64,000 bases of DNA. It comes from Azolla caroliniana. Lineage: Eukaryota; Plantae; Polypodiophyta. The stretch lies in the NCBI GenBank assembly GCA_043228905.1, contig JBHGNT010000043.1, forward strand, positions 148,410 through 212,409. The letters run 5' to 3'. Shown here in pieces: positions 14,800 to 28,852 of the stretch (positions within the stretch are counted from its first letter, which is position 1; every line of letters begins with the position of its first letter). A program made the translations under genes and the position numbers. The notes beneath the pieces were generated by a model, which was given only the letters and a program-made list of their open reading frames with translations, did no database searches and was not told where the DNA came from.

Positions 14800-17280
14800 T
14801 ACTCACGCGCTCTTCTCAACTCCCTCCTCAAATTTGGTAATTTCGTCATGTCTCTCTACCTGAGTTTCAAAATCGTGATTTTTTAATTCCATATCATAGC
14901 TAGCGTTGTTAGTTTCGATTTGCATGTTTGAACACAAAAATCCGATATCACACGAGCCACGTATGAAAATTTTAATTTGGCTACTAGCTCTTCTCAACCA
15001 CCTCCTCAAATTTGGTAATTTCGTCATGTCTCTCGACCTGAGTTTCAAAATCTTGATTTTTTAATTCTATATCATAGCTAGCGTTGTTAGCTTCGATTCG
15101 GAGGTTTGAACACTAATATCCGATATGACACGAGCCACATATGAACATTTTAATTTACTCACGCGCTCTTCTCAACCACCTCCTCAAATTTGGTAATTTC
15201 GTCATGTCTCTCGACCTGAGTTTCAAAATCTTGATTTTTTAATTCCATATCATAGCTAGCGTTGTTAGTTTCGATTTGCTTGTTTGAACACAAAAATCCG
15301 ATATCACACGAGCCACATATGAACATTTTAATTTAGCTACTAGCTCTTCTCAACCACCTCCTCAAATTTGGTAATTTCTTCATGTCTCTCGACCTGACTT
15401 TCAAAATCTTGATTTTCTAATTCTATATCATAGCTAGCGTTGTTAGCTTCGATTCGCATGTTTCAACACAAAAATCCGATATCACACGAGCCACGTATGA
15501 ACATTTTAATTTACTCACGCGCTCTTCTCAACTCCCTCCTCAAATTTGGTAATTTCGTCATGTCTCTCTACCTGAGTTTCAAAATCGTGATTTTTTAATT
15601 GCATATCATAGCTAGCGTTGTTAGTTTCGATTTGCATGTTTGAACACAAAAATCCGATATCACACGAGCCACGTATGAAAATTTTAATTTGGCTACTAGC
15701 TCTTCTCAACCACCTCCTCAAATTTGGTAATTTCGTCATGTCTCTCGACCTGAGTTTCAAAATCTTGATTTTTTAATTCTATATCATAGCTAGCGTTGTT
15801 AGCTTCGATTCGGAGGTTTGAACACTAATATCCGATATGACACGAGCCACATATGAACATTTTAATTTACTCACGCGCTCTTCTCAACCACCTCCTCAAA
15901 TTTGGTAATTTCGTCATGTCTCTCGACCTGAGTTTCAAAATCTTGATTTTTTAATTCCATATCATAGCTAGCGTTGTTAGTTTCGATTTGCTTGTTTGAA
16001 CACAAAAATCCGATATCACACGAGCCACGTATGAACATTTTAATTTAGCTACTAGCTCTTCTCAACCACCTCCTCAAATTTGGTAATTTCTTCATGTCTC
16101 TCGACCTGAGTTTCAAAATCTTGATTTTTTAATTCTATATCATAGCTAGCGTTGTTAGCTTCGATTCGCATGTTTGAACACAAAAATCCGATATCACACG
16201 AGCCACGTATGAACATTTTAATTGACTCACGCGCTCTTCTCAACCACCTCCTCAAATTTAGTAATTTCGTCATGTCTCTCGACCTGAGTTTCAAAATCTT
16301 GATTTTTTAATTCTATATCATAGCTAGCGTTGTTAGCTTCGATTCGGAGGTTTGAACACTAATATCCGATATGACACGAGCCACGTATGAAAATTTTAAT
16401 TTGGCTACTAGCTCTTCTCAACCACCTCCTCAAATTTGGTAATTTCGTCATGTCTCTCGACCTGAGTTTCAAAATCTTGATTTTTTAATTCTATATCATA
16501 GCTAGCGTTGTTAGCTTCGATTCGGAGGTTTGAACACTAATATCCGATATGACACGAGCCACATATGAACATTTTAATTTACTCACGCGCTCTTCTCAAC
16601 CACCTCCTCAAATTTGGTAATTTCGTCATGTCTCTCGACCTGAGTTTCAAAATCTTGATTTTTTAATTCCATATCATAGCTAGCGTTGTTAGTTTCGATT
16701 TGCTTGTTTGAACACAAAAATCCGATATCACACGAGCCACGTATGAACATTTTAATTTAGCTACTAGCTCTTCTCAACCACCTCCTCAAATTTGGTAATT
16801 TCTTCATGTCTCTCGACCTGAGTTTCAAAATCTTGATTTTTTAATTCTATATCATAGCTAGCGTTGTTAGCTTCGATTCGCATGTTTGAACACAAAAATC
16901 CGATATCACACGAGCCACGTATGAACATTTTAATTGACTCACGCGCTCTTCTCAACCACCTCCTCAAATTTAGTAATTTCGTCATGTCTCTCGACCTGAG
17001 TTTCAAAATCTTGATTTTTTAATTCTATATCATAGCTAGCGTTGTTAGCTTCGATTCGGAGGTTTGAACACTAATATCCGATATGACACGAGCCACATAT
17101 GAACATTTTAATTTACTCACGCGCTCTTCTCAACCACCTCCTCAAATTTGGTAATTTCGTCATGTCTCTCGACCTGAGTTTCAAAATCTTGATTTTTTAA
17201 TTCCATATCATAGCTAGCGTTGTTAGTTTCGATTTGCTTGTTTGAACACAAAAATCCGATATCACACGAGCCACATATGA
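14800..17280 (+). repeat. 4-monomer (712 bp) local higher-order repeats
   Basis: The AAAATCGTGA monomer recurs at +712 (ORFs 14803/15515), and the ATTGACTC monomer recurs at +712 (ORFs 16052/16764). Confidence 0.75.
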
Positions 17281-20200
17281 ACATTTTAATTTAGCTACTA
17301 GCTCTTCTCAACCACCTCCTCAAATTTGGTAATTTCTTCATGTCTCTCGACCTGACTTTCAAAATCTTGATTTTCTAATTCTATATCATAGCTAGCGTTG
17401 TTAGCTTCGATTCGCATGTTTGAACACAAAAATCCGATATCACACGAGCCACGTATGAACATTTTAATTTACTCACGCGCTCTTCTCAACTCCCTCCTCA
17501 AATTTGCTAATTTCGTCATGTATCTCTACCTGAGTTTCAAAATCTTAATTTTTTAATTCCATATCATAGCTAGCGTTGTTAGTTTCGATTTGCATGTTTG
17601 AACACAAAAATACGATATCACACGAGCCACGTATGAAAATTTTAATTTGGCTACTAGCTCTTCTCAACCACCTCCTCAAATTTAGTAATTTCGTCATGTC
17701 TCTCGACCTGAGTTTCAAAATCTTGATTTTTTAATTCTATATCATAGCTAGCGTTGTTAGCTTCGATTCGGAGGTTTGAACACTAAAATCCGATATCACA
17801 CGAGCCACATATGAACATTTTAATTTACTCACGCGCTCTTCTCAACCACCTCCTCAAATTTGGTAATTTCGTCATGTCTCTCGACCTGAGTTTCAAAATC
17901 TTGATTTTCTAAATCCATATCATAGCTAGCGTTGTTAGCTTCGATTCAGAGGTTTGAACACTAAAATCCGATATCACACGAGCCACATATGAACATTTTA
18001 ATTTACTCACGCGCTCTTCTCAACCACCTCCTCAAATTTGGTAATTTCGTCATGTCTCTCGACCTGAGTTTCAAAATCTTGATTTTTTAATTCGATATCA
18101 TAGGTAGCGTTGTTAGTTTCGATTCGCATGTTTGAACACAAAAATCAGATATCACACGAGCCACGTATGAAAATTTTAATTTGGCTACTAGCTCTTCTCA
18201 ACCACCTCCTCAAATTTAGTAATTTCGTCATGTATCTCGACCTGAGTTTCAAAATCTTGATTTTTTAATTCTATATCATAGCTAGCGTTGTTAGCTTCGA
18301 TTCGGAGGTTTGAACACTAAAATCCGATATCACACGAGCCACATATGAACATTTTAATTTACTCACGCGCTCTTCTCAACCACCTCCTCAAATTTGGTAA
18401 TTTCGTCATGTCTCTCGACCTGAGTTTCAAAATCTTGATTTTTTAATTCCATATCATAGCTAGCGTTGTTAGTTTCGATTTGCTTGTTTCAACACAAAAA
18501 TCCGTATCACACGAGCCACGTATGAACATTTTAATTTAGCTACTAGCTCTTCTCAACCACCTCCTCAAATTTGGTAATTTCGTCATGTCTCTCGACCTGA
18601 GTTTCAAAATCTTGATTTTTTAATTCCATATCATAGCTAGCGTTGTTAGTTTCGATTTGCTTGTTTGAACACAAAAATCCGATATCACACGAGCCACATA
18701 TGAACATTTTAATTTAGCTACTAGCTCTTCTCAACCACCTCCTCAAATTTGGTAATTTCTTCATGTCTCTCGACCTGACTTTCAAAATCTTGATTTTTTA
18801 ATTCTATATCATAGCTAGCGTTGTTAGCTTCGATTCGCATGTTTGAACACAAAAATCCGATATCACACGAGCCACGTATGAACATTTTAATTGACTCACG
18901 CGCTCTTCTCAACTCCCTCCTCAAATTTGCTAATTTCGTCATGTCTCTCTACCTGAGTTTCAAAATCGTGATTTTTTAATTCCATATCATAGCTAGCGTT
19001 GTTAGTTTCGATTTGCATGTTTGAACACAAAAATCCGATATCACACGAGCCACGTATGAAAATTTTAATTTGGCTACTAGCTCTTCTCAACCACCTCCTC
19101 AAATTTGGTAATTTCGTCATGTCTCTCGACCTGAGTTTCAAAATCTTGATTTTTTAATTCTATATCATAGCTAGCGTTGTTAGCTTCGATTCGGAGGTTT
19201 GAACACTAATATCCGATATGACACGAGCCACATATGAACATTTTAATTTACTCACGCGCTCTTCTCAACCACCTCCTCAAATTTGGTAATTTCGTCATGT
19301 CTCTCGACCTGAGTTTCAAAATCTTGATTTTTTAATTCCATATCATAGCTAGCGTTGTTAGTTTCGATTTGCTTGTTTGAACACAAAAATCCGATATCAC
19401 ACGAGCCACATATGAACATTTTAATTTAGCTACTAGCTCTTCTCAACCACCTCCTCAAATTTGGTAATTTCTTCATGTCTCTTGACCTGAGTTTCAAAAT
19501 CTTGGTTTTTTAATCCTATATCATAGCTAGCGTTGTTAGCTTCGATTCGCATGTTTGAACACAAAAATCCGATATCACACGAGCCACGTATGAACATTTT
19601 AATTTACTCACGCGCTCTTCTCAACTCCCTCCTCAAATTTGCTAATTTCGTCATGTATCTCTACCTGAGTTTCAAAATCTTAATTTTTTAATTCCATATC
19701 ATAGCTAGCGTTGTTAGTTTCGATTTGCTTGTTTGAACACAAAAATCCGTATCACACGAGCCACGTATGAACATTTTAATTTAGCTACTAGCTCTTCTCA
19801 ACCACCTCCTCAAATTTGGTAATTTCGTCATGTCTCTCGACCTGAGTTTCAAAATCTTGATTTTTTAATTCCATATCATAGCTAGCGTTGTTAGTTTCGA
19901 TTTGCTTGTTTGAACACAAAAATCCGATATCACACGAGCCACATATGAACATTTTAATTTAGCTACTAGCTCTTCTCAACCACCTCCTCAAATTTGGTAA
20001 TTTCTTCATGTCTCTCGACCTGACTTTCAAAATCTTGATTTTTTAATTCTATATCATAGCTAGCGTTGTTAGCTTCGATTCGCATGTTTGAACACAAAAA
20101 TCCGATATCACACGAGCCACGTATGAACATTTTAATTTACTCACGCGCTCTTCTCAACTCCCTCCTCAAATTTGGTAATTTCGTCATGTCTCTCTACCTG

Positions 20201-21449
20201 AGTTTCAAAATCGTGATTTTTTAATTCCATATCATAGCTAGCGTTGTTAGTTTCGATTTGCATGTTTGAACACAAAAATCCGATATCACACGAGCCACGT
20301 ATGAAAATTTTAATTTGGCTACTAGCTCTTCTCAACCACCTCCTCAAATTTGGTAATTTCGTCATGTCTCTCGACCTGAGTTTCAAAATCTTGATTTTTT
20401 AATTCTATATCATAGCTAGCGTTGTTAGCTTCGATTCGGAGGTTTGAACACTAATATCCGATATGACACGAGCCACATATGAACATTTTAATTTACTCAC
20501 GCGCTCTTCTCAACCACCTCCTCAAATGTGGTAATTTCGTCATGTCTCTCGACCTGAGTTTCAAAATCTTGATTTTTTAATTCCATATCATAGCTAGCGT
20601 TGTTAGTTTCGATTTGCTTGTTTGAACACAAAAATCCGATATCACACGAGCCACATATGAACATTTTAATTTAGCTACTAGCTCTTCTCAACCACCTCCT
20701 CAAATTTGGTAATTTCTTCATGTCTCTGGACCTAAGTTTCAAAATCTTGGTTTTTTAATTCTATATCATAGCTAGCGTTGTTAGCTTCGATTCGCATGTT
20801 TGAACACAAAAATCCGATATCACACGAGCCACGTATGAACATTTTAATTTACTCACGCGCTCTTCTCAACTCCCTCCTCAAATTTGCTAATTTCGTCATG
20901 TATCTCTACCTGAGTTTCAAAATCTTAATTTTTTAATTCCATATCATAGCTAGCGTTGTTAGTTTCGATTTGCATGTTTGAACACAAAAATACGATATCA
21001 CACGAGCCACGTATGAAAATTTTAATTTGGCTACTAGCTCTTCTCAACCACCTCCTCAAATTTAGTAATTTCGTCATGTCTCTCGACCTGAGTTTCAAAA
21101 TCTTGATTTTTTAATTCTATATCATAGCTAGCGTTGTTAGCTTCGATTCGGAGGTTTGAACACTAAAATCCGATATCACACGAGCCACATATGAACATTT
21201 TAATTTACTCACGCGCTCTTCTCAACCACCTCCTCAAATTTGGTAATTTCGTCATGTCTCTCGACCTGAGTTTCAAAATCTTGATTTTCTAAATCCATAT
21301 CATAGCTAGCGTTGTTAGCTTCGATTCAGAGGTTTGAACACTAAAATCCGATATCACACGAGCCACATATGAACATTTTAATTTACTCACGCGCTCTTCT
21401 CAACCACCTCCTCAAATTTGGTAATTTCGTCATGTCTCTCGACCTGAGT

Positions 21450-24400
21450 TTCAAAATCTTGATTTTTTAATTCCATATCATAGGTAGCGTTGTTAGTTTC
21501 GATTCGCATGTTTGAACACAAAAATCAGATATCACACGAGCCACGTATGAAAATTTTAATTTGGCTACTAGCTCTTCTCAACCACCTCCTCAAATTTAGT
21601 AATTTCGTCATGTCTCTCGACCTGAGTTTCAAAATCTTGATTTTTTAATTCTATATCATAGCTAGCGTTGTTAGCTTCGATTCGGAGGTTTGAACACTAA
21701 AATCCGATATCACACGAGCCACATATGAACATTTTAATTTACTCACGCGCTCTTCTCAACCACCTCCTCAAATTTGGTAATTTCGTCATGTCTCTCGACC
21801 TGAGTTTCAAAATCTTGATTTTTTAATTCCATATCATAGCTAGCGTTGTTAGTTTCGATTTGCTTGTTTGAACACAAAAATCCGATATCACACGAGCCAC
21901 ATATGAACATTTTAATTTAGCTACTAGCTCTTCTCAACCACCTCCTCAAATTTGGTAATTTCTTCATGTCTCTCGACCTGAGTTTCAAAATCTTGATTTT
22001 TTAATTCTATATCATAGCTAGCGTTGTTAGCTTCGATTCGCATGTTTGAACACAAAAATCCGATATCACACGAGCCACGTATGAACATTTTAATTTACTC
22101 ACGCGCTCTTCTCAACTCCCTCCTCAAATTTGCTAATTTCGTCATGTATCTCTACCTGAGTTTCAAAATCTTAATTTTTTAATTCCATATCATAGCTAGC
22201 GTTGTTAGCTTCGATTTGCTTGTTTGAACACAGAAATCCGATATCACACGAGCCAGGTATCAACATTTTAATTTAGCTACTAGCTCTTCTCAACAACCTC
22301 CTCAAATTTGGTAATTTCCTCATGTCTCTCGACCTGAGTTTCAAAATATTCATTTTTTAATTCCATATCATAGCTAGCGTTGTTAGCTTCGATTTGCATG
22401 TTTGAACACAGAAATTCGATATCACACGAGCCACGTATGAACATTTTAATTTAGCTACTAGCTCTTTTGAACTCCCTCCTCAAATTTGGTAATTTCTTCA
22501 TGTCTCTCGACCTGAGTTTGAAAATCTTGGTTTTTTAATTCTATATCATAGCTAGCGTTGTTAGCTTCGATTCGCATGTTTGAACACAAAAATCCGATAT
22601 CACACGAGCCACGTATGAACATTTTAATTTACTCACGCGCTCTTCTCAACTCCCTCCTCAAATTTGCTAATTTCGTCATGTCTCTCTACCTGAGTTTCAA
22701 AATTTTGATTTTCTAATTCGATATCATAGCTAGCGTTGTTAGTTTCGATTTGCATGTTTGAACACAAAAATCCGATATCACACGAGCCACGTATGAAAAT
22801 TTTAATTTACTCACGCGCTCTTCTCAACTCCCTCCTCAAATTTGCTAATTTCGTCATGTCTCTCGACCTGAGTTTCAAAATCTTGATTTTTTAATTCCAT
22901 ATCATAGGTAGCGTTGTCAGTTTCGATTCGGATGTTTGAACACGAAAATCCGATATCACACGAGCCACGTATGAAAATTTTAATTTGGCTACTACCTCTT
23001 CTCAACCACCTCCTCAAATTTGGTAATTTCGTCATGTCTCTTGACCTGAGTTTCAAAATCTTGATTTTTTAAATCCATTTCATAGCTAGCGTTGTTAGCT
23101 TCGATTCAGAGGTTTGAACACTAAAATCCGATATCACACGAGCCACATATGAACATTTTAATTTACTCACGCGCTCTTCTCAACCACCTCCTCAAATTTG
23201 GTAATTTCGTCATGTCTCTCGACCTGAGTATCAAAATCTTGATTTTTTAATTCCATATCATAGGTAGCGTTGTTAGTTTCGATTCGCATGTTTGAACACA
23301 AAAATCCGATATCACACGAGCCAGGTATCAACATTTTAATTTAGCTACTAGCTCTTCTCAACCACCTCCTCAAATTTGGTAATTTCTTCATGTCTCTTGA
23401 CCTGAGTTTCAAAATCTTGGTTTTTTAATTCTATATCATAGCTAGCGTTGTTAGCTTCGATTCGGAGGTTTGAACACTAAAATCCGACATCACACGAGCC
23501 ACATATGAATATTTTAATTTACTCACGCGCTCTTCTCAACTCCCTCCTCAAATTTGCTAATTTCGTCATGTCTCTCTACCTGAGTTTCAAAATCTTGATT
23601 TTTTAATTCCATATCATAGCTAGCGTTGTTAGTTTCGATTTGCATGTTTGAACACAAAAATCCGATATCACACGAGCCACGTATGAAAATTTTAATTTGG
23701 CTACTAGCTCTTCTCAACCACCTCCTCAAATTTGGTAATTTCGTCATGTCTCTCGACCTAAGTTTCAAAATCTTGATTTTTTAATTCTATATCATAGCTA
23801 GCGTTGTTAGCTTCGATTCGGAGGTTTGAACACTAAAATCCGATATGACACGAGCCACATATGAACATTTTAATTTACTCACGCGCTCTTCTCAACCACC
23901 TCCTCAAATTTGGTAATTTCGTCATGTCTCTCGACCTGAGTTTCAAAATCTTGATTTTTTAATTCCATATCATAGCTAGCGTTGTTAGTTTCGATTTGCT
24001 TGTTTGAACACAAAAATCCGATATCACACGAGCCACATATGAACATTTTAATTTAGCTACTAGCTCTTCTCAACCACCTCCTCAAATTTGGTAATTTCGT
24101 CATGTCTCTCGACCTGAGTTTCAAAATCTTGATTTTTTAATTCCATATCATAGGTAGCGTTGTTAGTTTCGATTCGCATGTTTGAACACTAAAATCCGAT
24201 ATCACACGAGCCACATATGAACATTTTAATTTACTCACGCGCTCTTCTCAACCACCTCCTCAAATTTGGTAATTTCGTCATGTCTCTCGACCTGAGTTTC
24301 AAAATCTTGATTTTTTAATTCCATATCATAGCTAGCGTTGTTAGTTTCGATTTGCTTGTTTGAACACAAAAATCCGATATCACACGAGCCACATATGAAC

Positions 24401-27325
24401 ATTTTAATTTAGCTACTAGCTCTTCTCAACCACCTCCTCAAATTTGGTAATTTCGTCATGTCTCTCGACCTGAGTTTCAAAATCTTGATTTTTTAATTCC
24501 ATATCATAGGTAGCGTTGTTAGTTTCGATTCGCATGTTTGAACACTAAAATCCGATATCACACGAGCCACATATGAACATTTTAATTTACTCACGCGCTC
24601 TTCTCAACCACCTCCTCAAATTTGGTAATTTCGTCATGTCTCTCGACCTGAGTTTCAAAATCTTGATTTTCTAAATCCATATCATAGCTAGCGTTGTTAG
24701 CTTCGATTCAGAGGTTTGAACACTAAAATCCGATATCGCACGAGCCACATATGAACATTTTAATTTAGCTACTAGCTCTTCTCAACCACCTCCTCAAATT
24801 TGCTAATTTCGTCATGTCTCTCGACCTGAGTTTCAAAATCTTGATTTTTTAATTCCATATCATAGGTAGCGTTGTTAGTTTCGATTCGCATGTTTGAACA
24901 CAAAAATCAGATATCACACGAGCCACGTATGAAAATTTTAATTTGGCTACTAGCTCTTCTCAACCACCTCCTCAAATTTAGTAATTTCGTCATGTCTCTC
25001 GACCTGAGTTTCAAAATCTTGATTTTTTAATTCTATATCATAGCTAGCGTTGTTAGCTTCGATTCGGAGGTTTGAACACTAAAATCCGATATCACACGAG
25101 CCACATATGAACATTTTCATTTACTCACGCGCTCTTCTCAACCACCTCCTCAAATTTGGTAATTTCGTCATGTCTCTCGACCTGAGTTTCAAAATCTTGA
25201 TTTTTTAATTCCATATCATAGCTAGCGTTGTTAGTTTCGATTTGCTTGTTTGAACACAAAAATCCGATATCACACGAGCCACATATGAACATTTTAATTT
25301 AGCTACTAGCTCTTCTCAACCACCTCCTCAAATTTGGTAATTTCTTCATGTCTCTCGACCTGACTTTCAAAATCTTGATTTTTTAATTCTATATCATAGC
25401 TAGCGTTGTTAGCTTCGATTCGCATGTTTGAACACAAAAATCCGATATCACACGAGCCACGTATGAACATTTTAATTTACTCACGCGCTCTTCTCAACTC
25501 CCTCCTCAAATTTGCTAATTTCGTCATGTATCTCTACCTGAGTTTCAAAATCTTAATTTTTTAATTCCATATCATAGCTAGCGTTGTTAGCTTCGATTTG
25601 CTTGTTTGAACACAGAAATCCGATATCACACGAGCCAGGTATCAACATTTTAATTTAGCTACTAGCTCTTCTCAACAACCTCCTCAAATTTGGTAATTTC
25701 CTCATGTCTCTCGACCTGAGTTTCAAAATATTCATTTTTTAATTCCATATCATAGCTAGCGTTGTTAGCTTCGATTTGCATGTTTGAACACAGAAATTCG
25801 ATATCACACGAGCCACGTATGAACATTTTAATTTAGCTACTAGCTCTTTTGAACTCCCTCCTCAAATTTGGTAATTTCTTCATGTCTCTCGACCTGAGTT
25901 TGAAAATCTTGGTTTTTTAATTCTATATCATAGCTAGCGTTGTTAGCTTCGATTCGCATGTTTGAACACAAAAATCCGATATCACACGAGCCACGTATGA
26001 ACATTTTAATTTACTCACGCGCTCTTCTCAACTCCCTCCTCAAATTTGCTAATTTCGTCATGTCTCTCTACCTGAGTTTCAAAATTTTGATTTTCTAATT
26101 CGATATCATAGCTAGCGTTGTTAGTTTCGATTTGCATGTTTGAACACAAAAATCCGATATCACACGAGCCACGTATGAAAATTTTAATTTACTCACGCGC
26201 TCTTCTCAACTCCCTCCTCAAATTTGCTAATTTCGTCATGTCTCTCGACCTGAGTTTCAAAATCTTGATTTTTTAATTCCATATCATAGGTAGCGTTGTC
26301 AGTTTCGATTCGGATGTTTGAACACGAAAATCCGATATCACACGAGCCACGTATGAAAATTTTAATTTGGCTACTACCTCTTCTCAACCACCTCCTCAAA
26401 TTTGGTAATTTCGTCATGTCTCTTGACCTGAGTTTCAAAATCTTGATTTTTTAAATCCATTTCATAGCTAGCGTTGTTAGCTTCGATTCAGAGGTTTGAA
26501 CACTAAAATCCGATATCACACGAGCCACATATGAACATTTTAATTTACTCACGCGCTCTTCTCAACCACCTCCTCAAATTTGGTAATTTCGTCATGTCTC
26601 TCGACCTGAGTATCAAAATCTTGATTTTTTAATTCCATATCATAGGTAGCGTTGTTAGTTTCGATTCGCATGTTTGAACACAAAAATCCGATATCACACG
26701 AGCCAGGTATCAACATTTTAATTTAGCTACTAGCTCTTCTCAACCACCTCCTCAAATTTGGTAATTTCTTCATGTCTCTTGACCTGAGTTTCAAAATCTT
26801 GGTTTTTTAATTCTATATCATAGCTAGCGTTGTTAGCTTCGATTCGGAGGTTTGAACACTAAAATCCGACATCACACGAGCCACATATGAATATTTTAAT
26901 TTACTCACGCGCTCTTCTCAACTCCCTCCTCAAATTTGCTAATTTCGTCATGTCTCTCTACCTGAGTTTCAAAATCTTGATTTTTTAATTCCATATCATA
27001 GCTAGCGTTGTTAGTTTCGATTTGCATGTTTGAACACAAAAATCCGATATCACACGAGCCACGTATGAAAATTTTAATTTGGCTACTAGCTCTTCTCAAC
27101 CACCTCCTCAAATTTGGTAATTTCGTCATGTCTCTCGACCTAAGTTTCAAAATCTTGATTTTTTAATTCTATATCATAGCTAGCGTTGTTAGCTTCGATT
27201 CGGAGGTTTGAACACTAAAATCCGATATGACACGAGCCACATATGAACATTTTAATTTACTCACGCGCTCTTCTCAACCACCTCCTCAAATTTGGTAATT
27301 TCGTCATGTCTCTCGACCTGAGTTT
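21450..27325 (+). repeat. Duplication with a 19-monomer (3382 bp) offset
   Basis: These variants all recur at +3382: GAGTTTGAAAA (G at 22520/25902), AAAATCAGAT 21521/24903, GACCTAAG (A at 23760/27142), and ORFs 22811/26193 and 23523/26905. The copies diverge near 23945/27327. Confidence 0.85.
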
Positions 27326-28852
27326 CACAATTTTGATTTTTTAATTCCATATCATAGGTAGCGTTGTTAGTTTCGATGTGCTTGTTTGAACACAAAAATC
27401 CGATATCACACGAGCCACATATGAACATTTTAATTTAGCTACTAGCTCTTCTCAACCACCTCCTCAAATTTGGTAATTTCTTCATGTCTCTTGACCTGAG
27501 TTTCAAAATCTTGGTTTTTTAATTCTATATCATAGCTAGCGTTGTTAGCTTCGATTCGCATGTTTGAACACAAAAATCCGATATCACACGAGCCACGTAT
27601 GAACATTTTAATTTACTCACGCGCTCTTCTCAACTCCCTCCTCAAATTTGCTAATTTCGTCATGTATCTCTACCTGAGTTTCAAAATCTTAATTTTTTAA
27701 TTCCATATCATAGCTAGCGTTGTTAGTTTCGATTTGCATGTTTGAACACAAAAATACGATATCACACGAGCCACGTATGAAAATTTTAATTTGGCTACTA
27801 GCTCTTCTCAACCACCTCCTCAAATTTAGTAATTTCGTCATGTCTCTCGACCTGAGTTTCAAAATCTTGATTTTTTAATTCTATATCATAGCTAGCGTTG
27901 TTAGCTTCGATTCGGAGGTTTGAACACTAAAATCCGATATCACACGAGCCACATATGAACATTTTAATTTACTCACGCGCTCTTCTCAACCACCTCCTCA
28001 AATTTGGTAATTTCGTCATGTCTCTCGACCTGAGTTTCAAAATCTTGATTTTCTAAATCCATATCATAGCTAGCGTTGTTAGCTTCGATTCAGAGGTTTG
28101 AACACTAAAATCCGATATCGCACGAGCCACATATGAACATTTTAATTTACTCACGCGCTCTTCTCAACTCCCTCCTCAAATTTGCTAATTTCGTCATGTC
28201 TCTCTACCTGAGTTTCAAAATCTTGATTTTTTAATTCCATATCATAGGTAGCGTTGTTAGTTTCGATTCGCATGTTTGAACACAAAAATCAGATATCACA
28301 CGAGCCACGTATGAAAATTTTAATTTGGCTACTAGCTCTTCTCAACCACCTCCTCAAATTTAGTAATTTCGTCATGTCTCTCGACCTGAGTTTCAAAATC
28401 TTGATTTTTTAATTCTATATCATAGCTAGCGTTGTTAGCTTCGATTCGGAGGTTTGAACACTAAAATCCGATATCACACGAGCCACATATGAACATTTTA
28501 ATTTACTCACGCGCTCTTCTCAACCACCTCCTCAAATTTGGTAATTTCGTCATGTCTCTCGACCTGAGTTTCAAAATCTTGATTTTTTAATTCCATATCA
28601 TAGCTAGCGTTGTTAGTTTCGATTTGCTTGTTTGAACACAAAAATCCGTATCACACGAGCCACGTATGAACATTTTAATTTAGCTACTAGCTTTTCTCAA
28701 CCACCTCCTCAAATTTGGTAATTTCGTCATGTCTCTCGACCTGAGTTTCAAAATCTTGATTTTTTAATTCCATATCATAGCTAGCGTTGTTAGTTTCGAT
28801 TTGCTTGTTTGAACACAAAAATCCGATATCACACGAGCCACATATGAACATT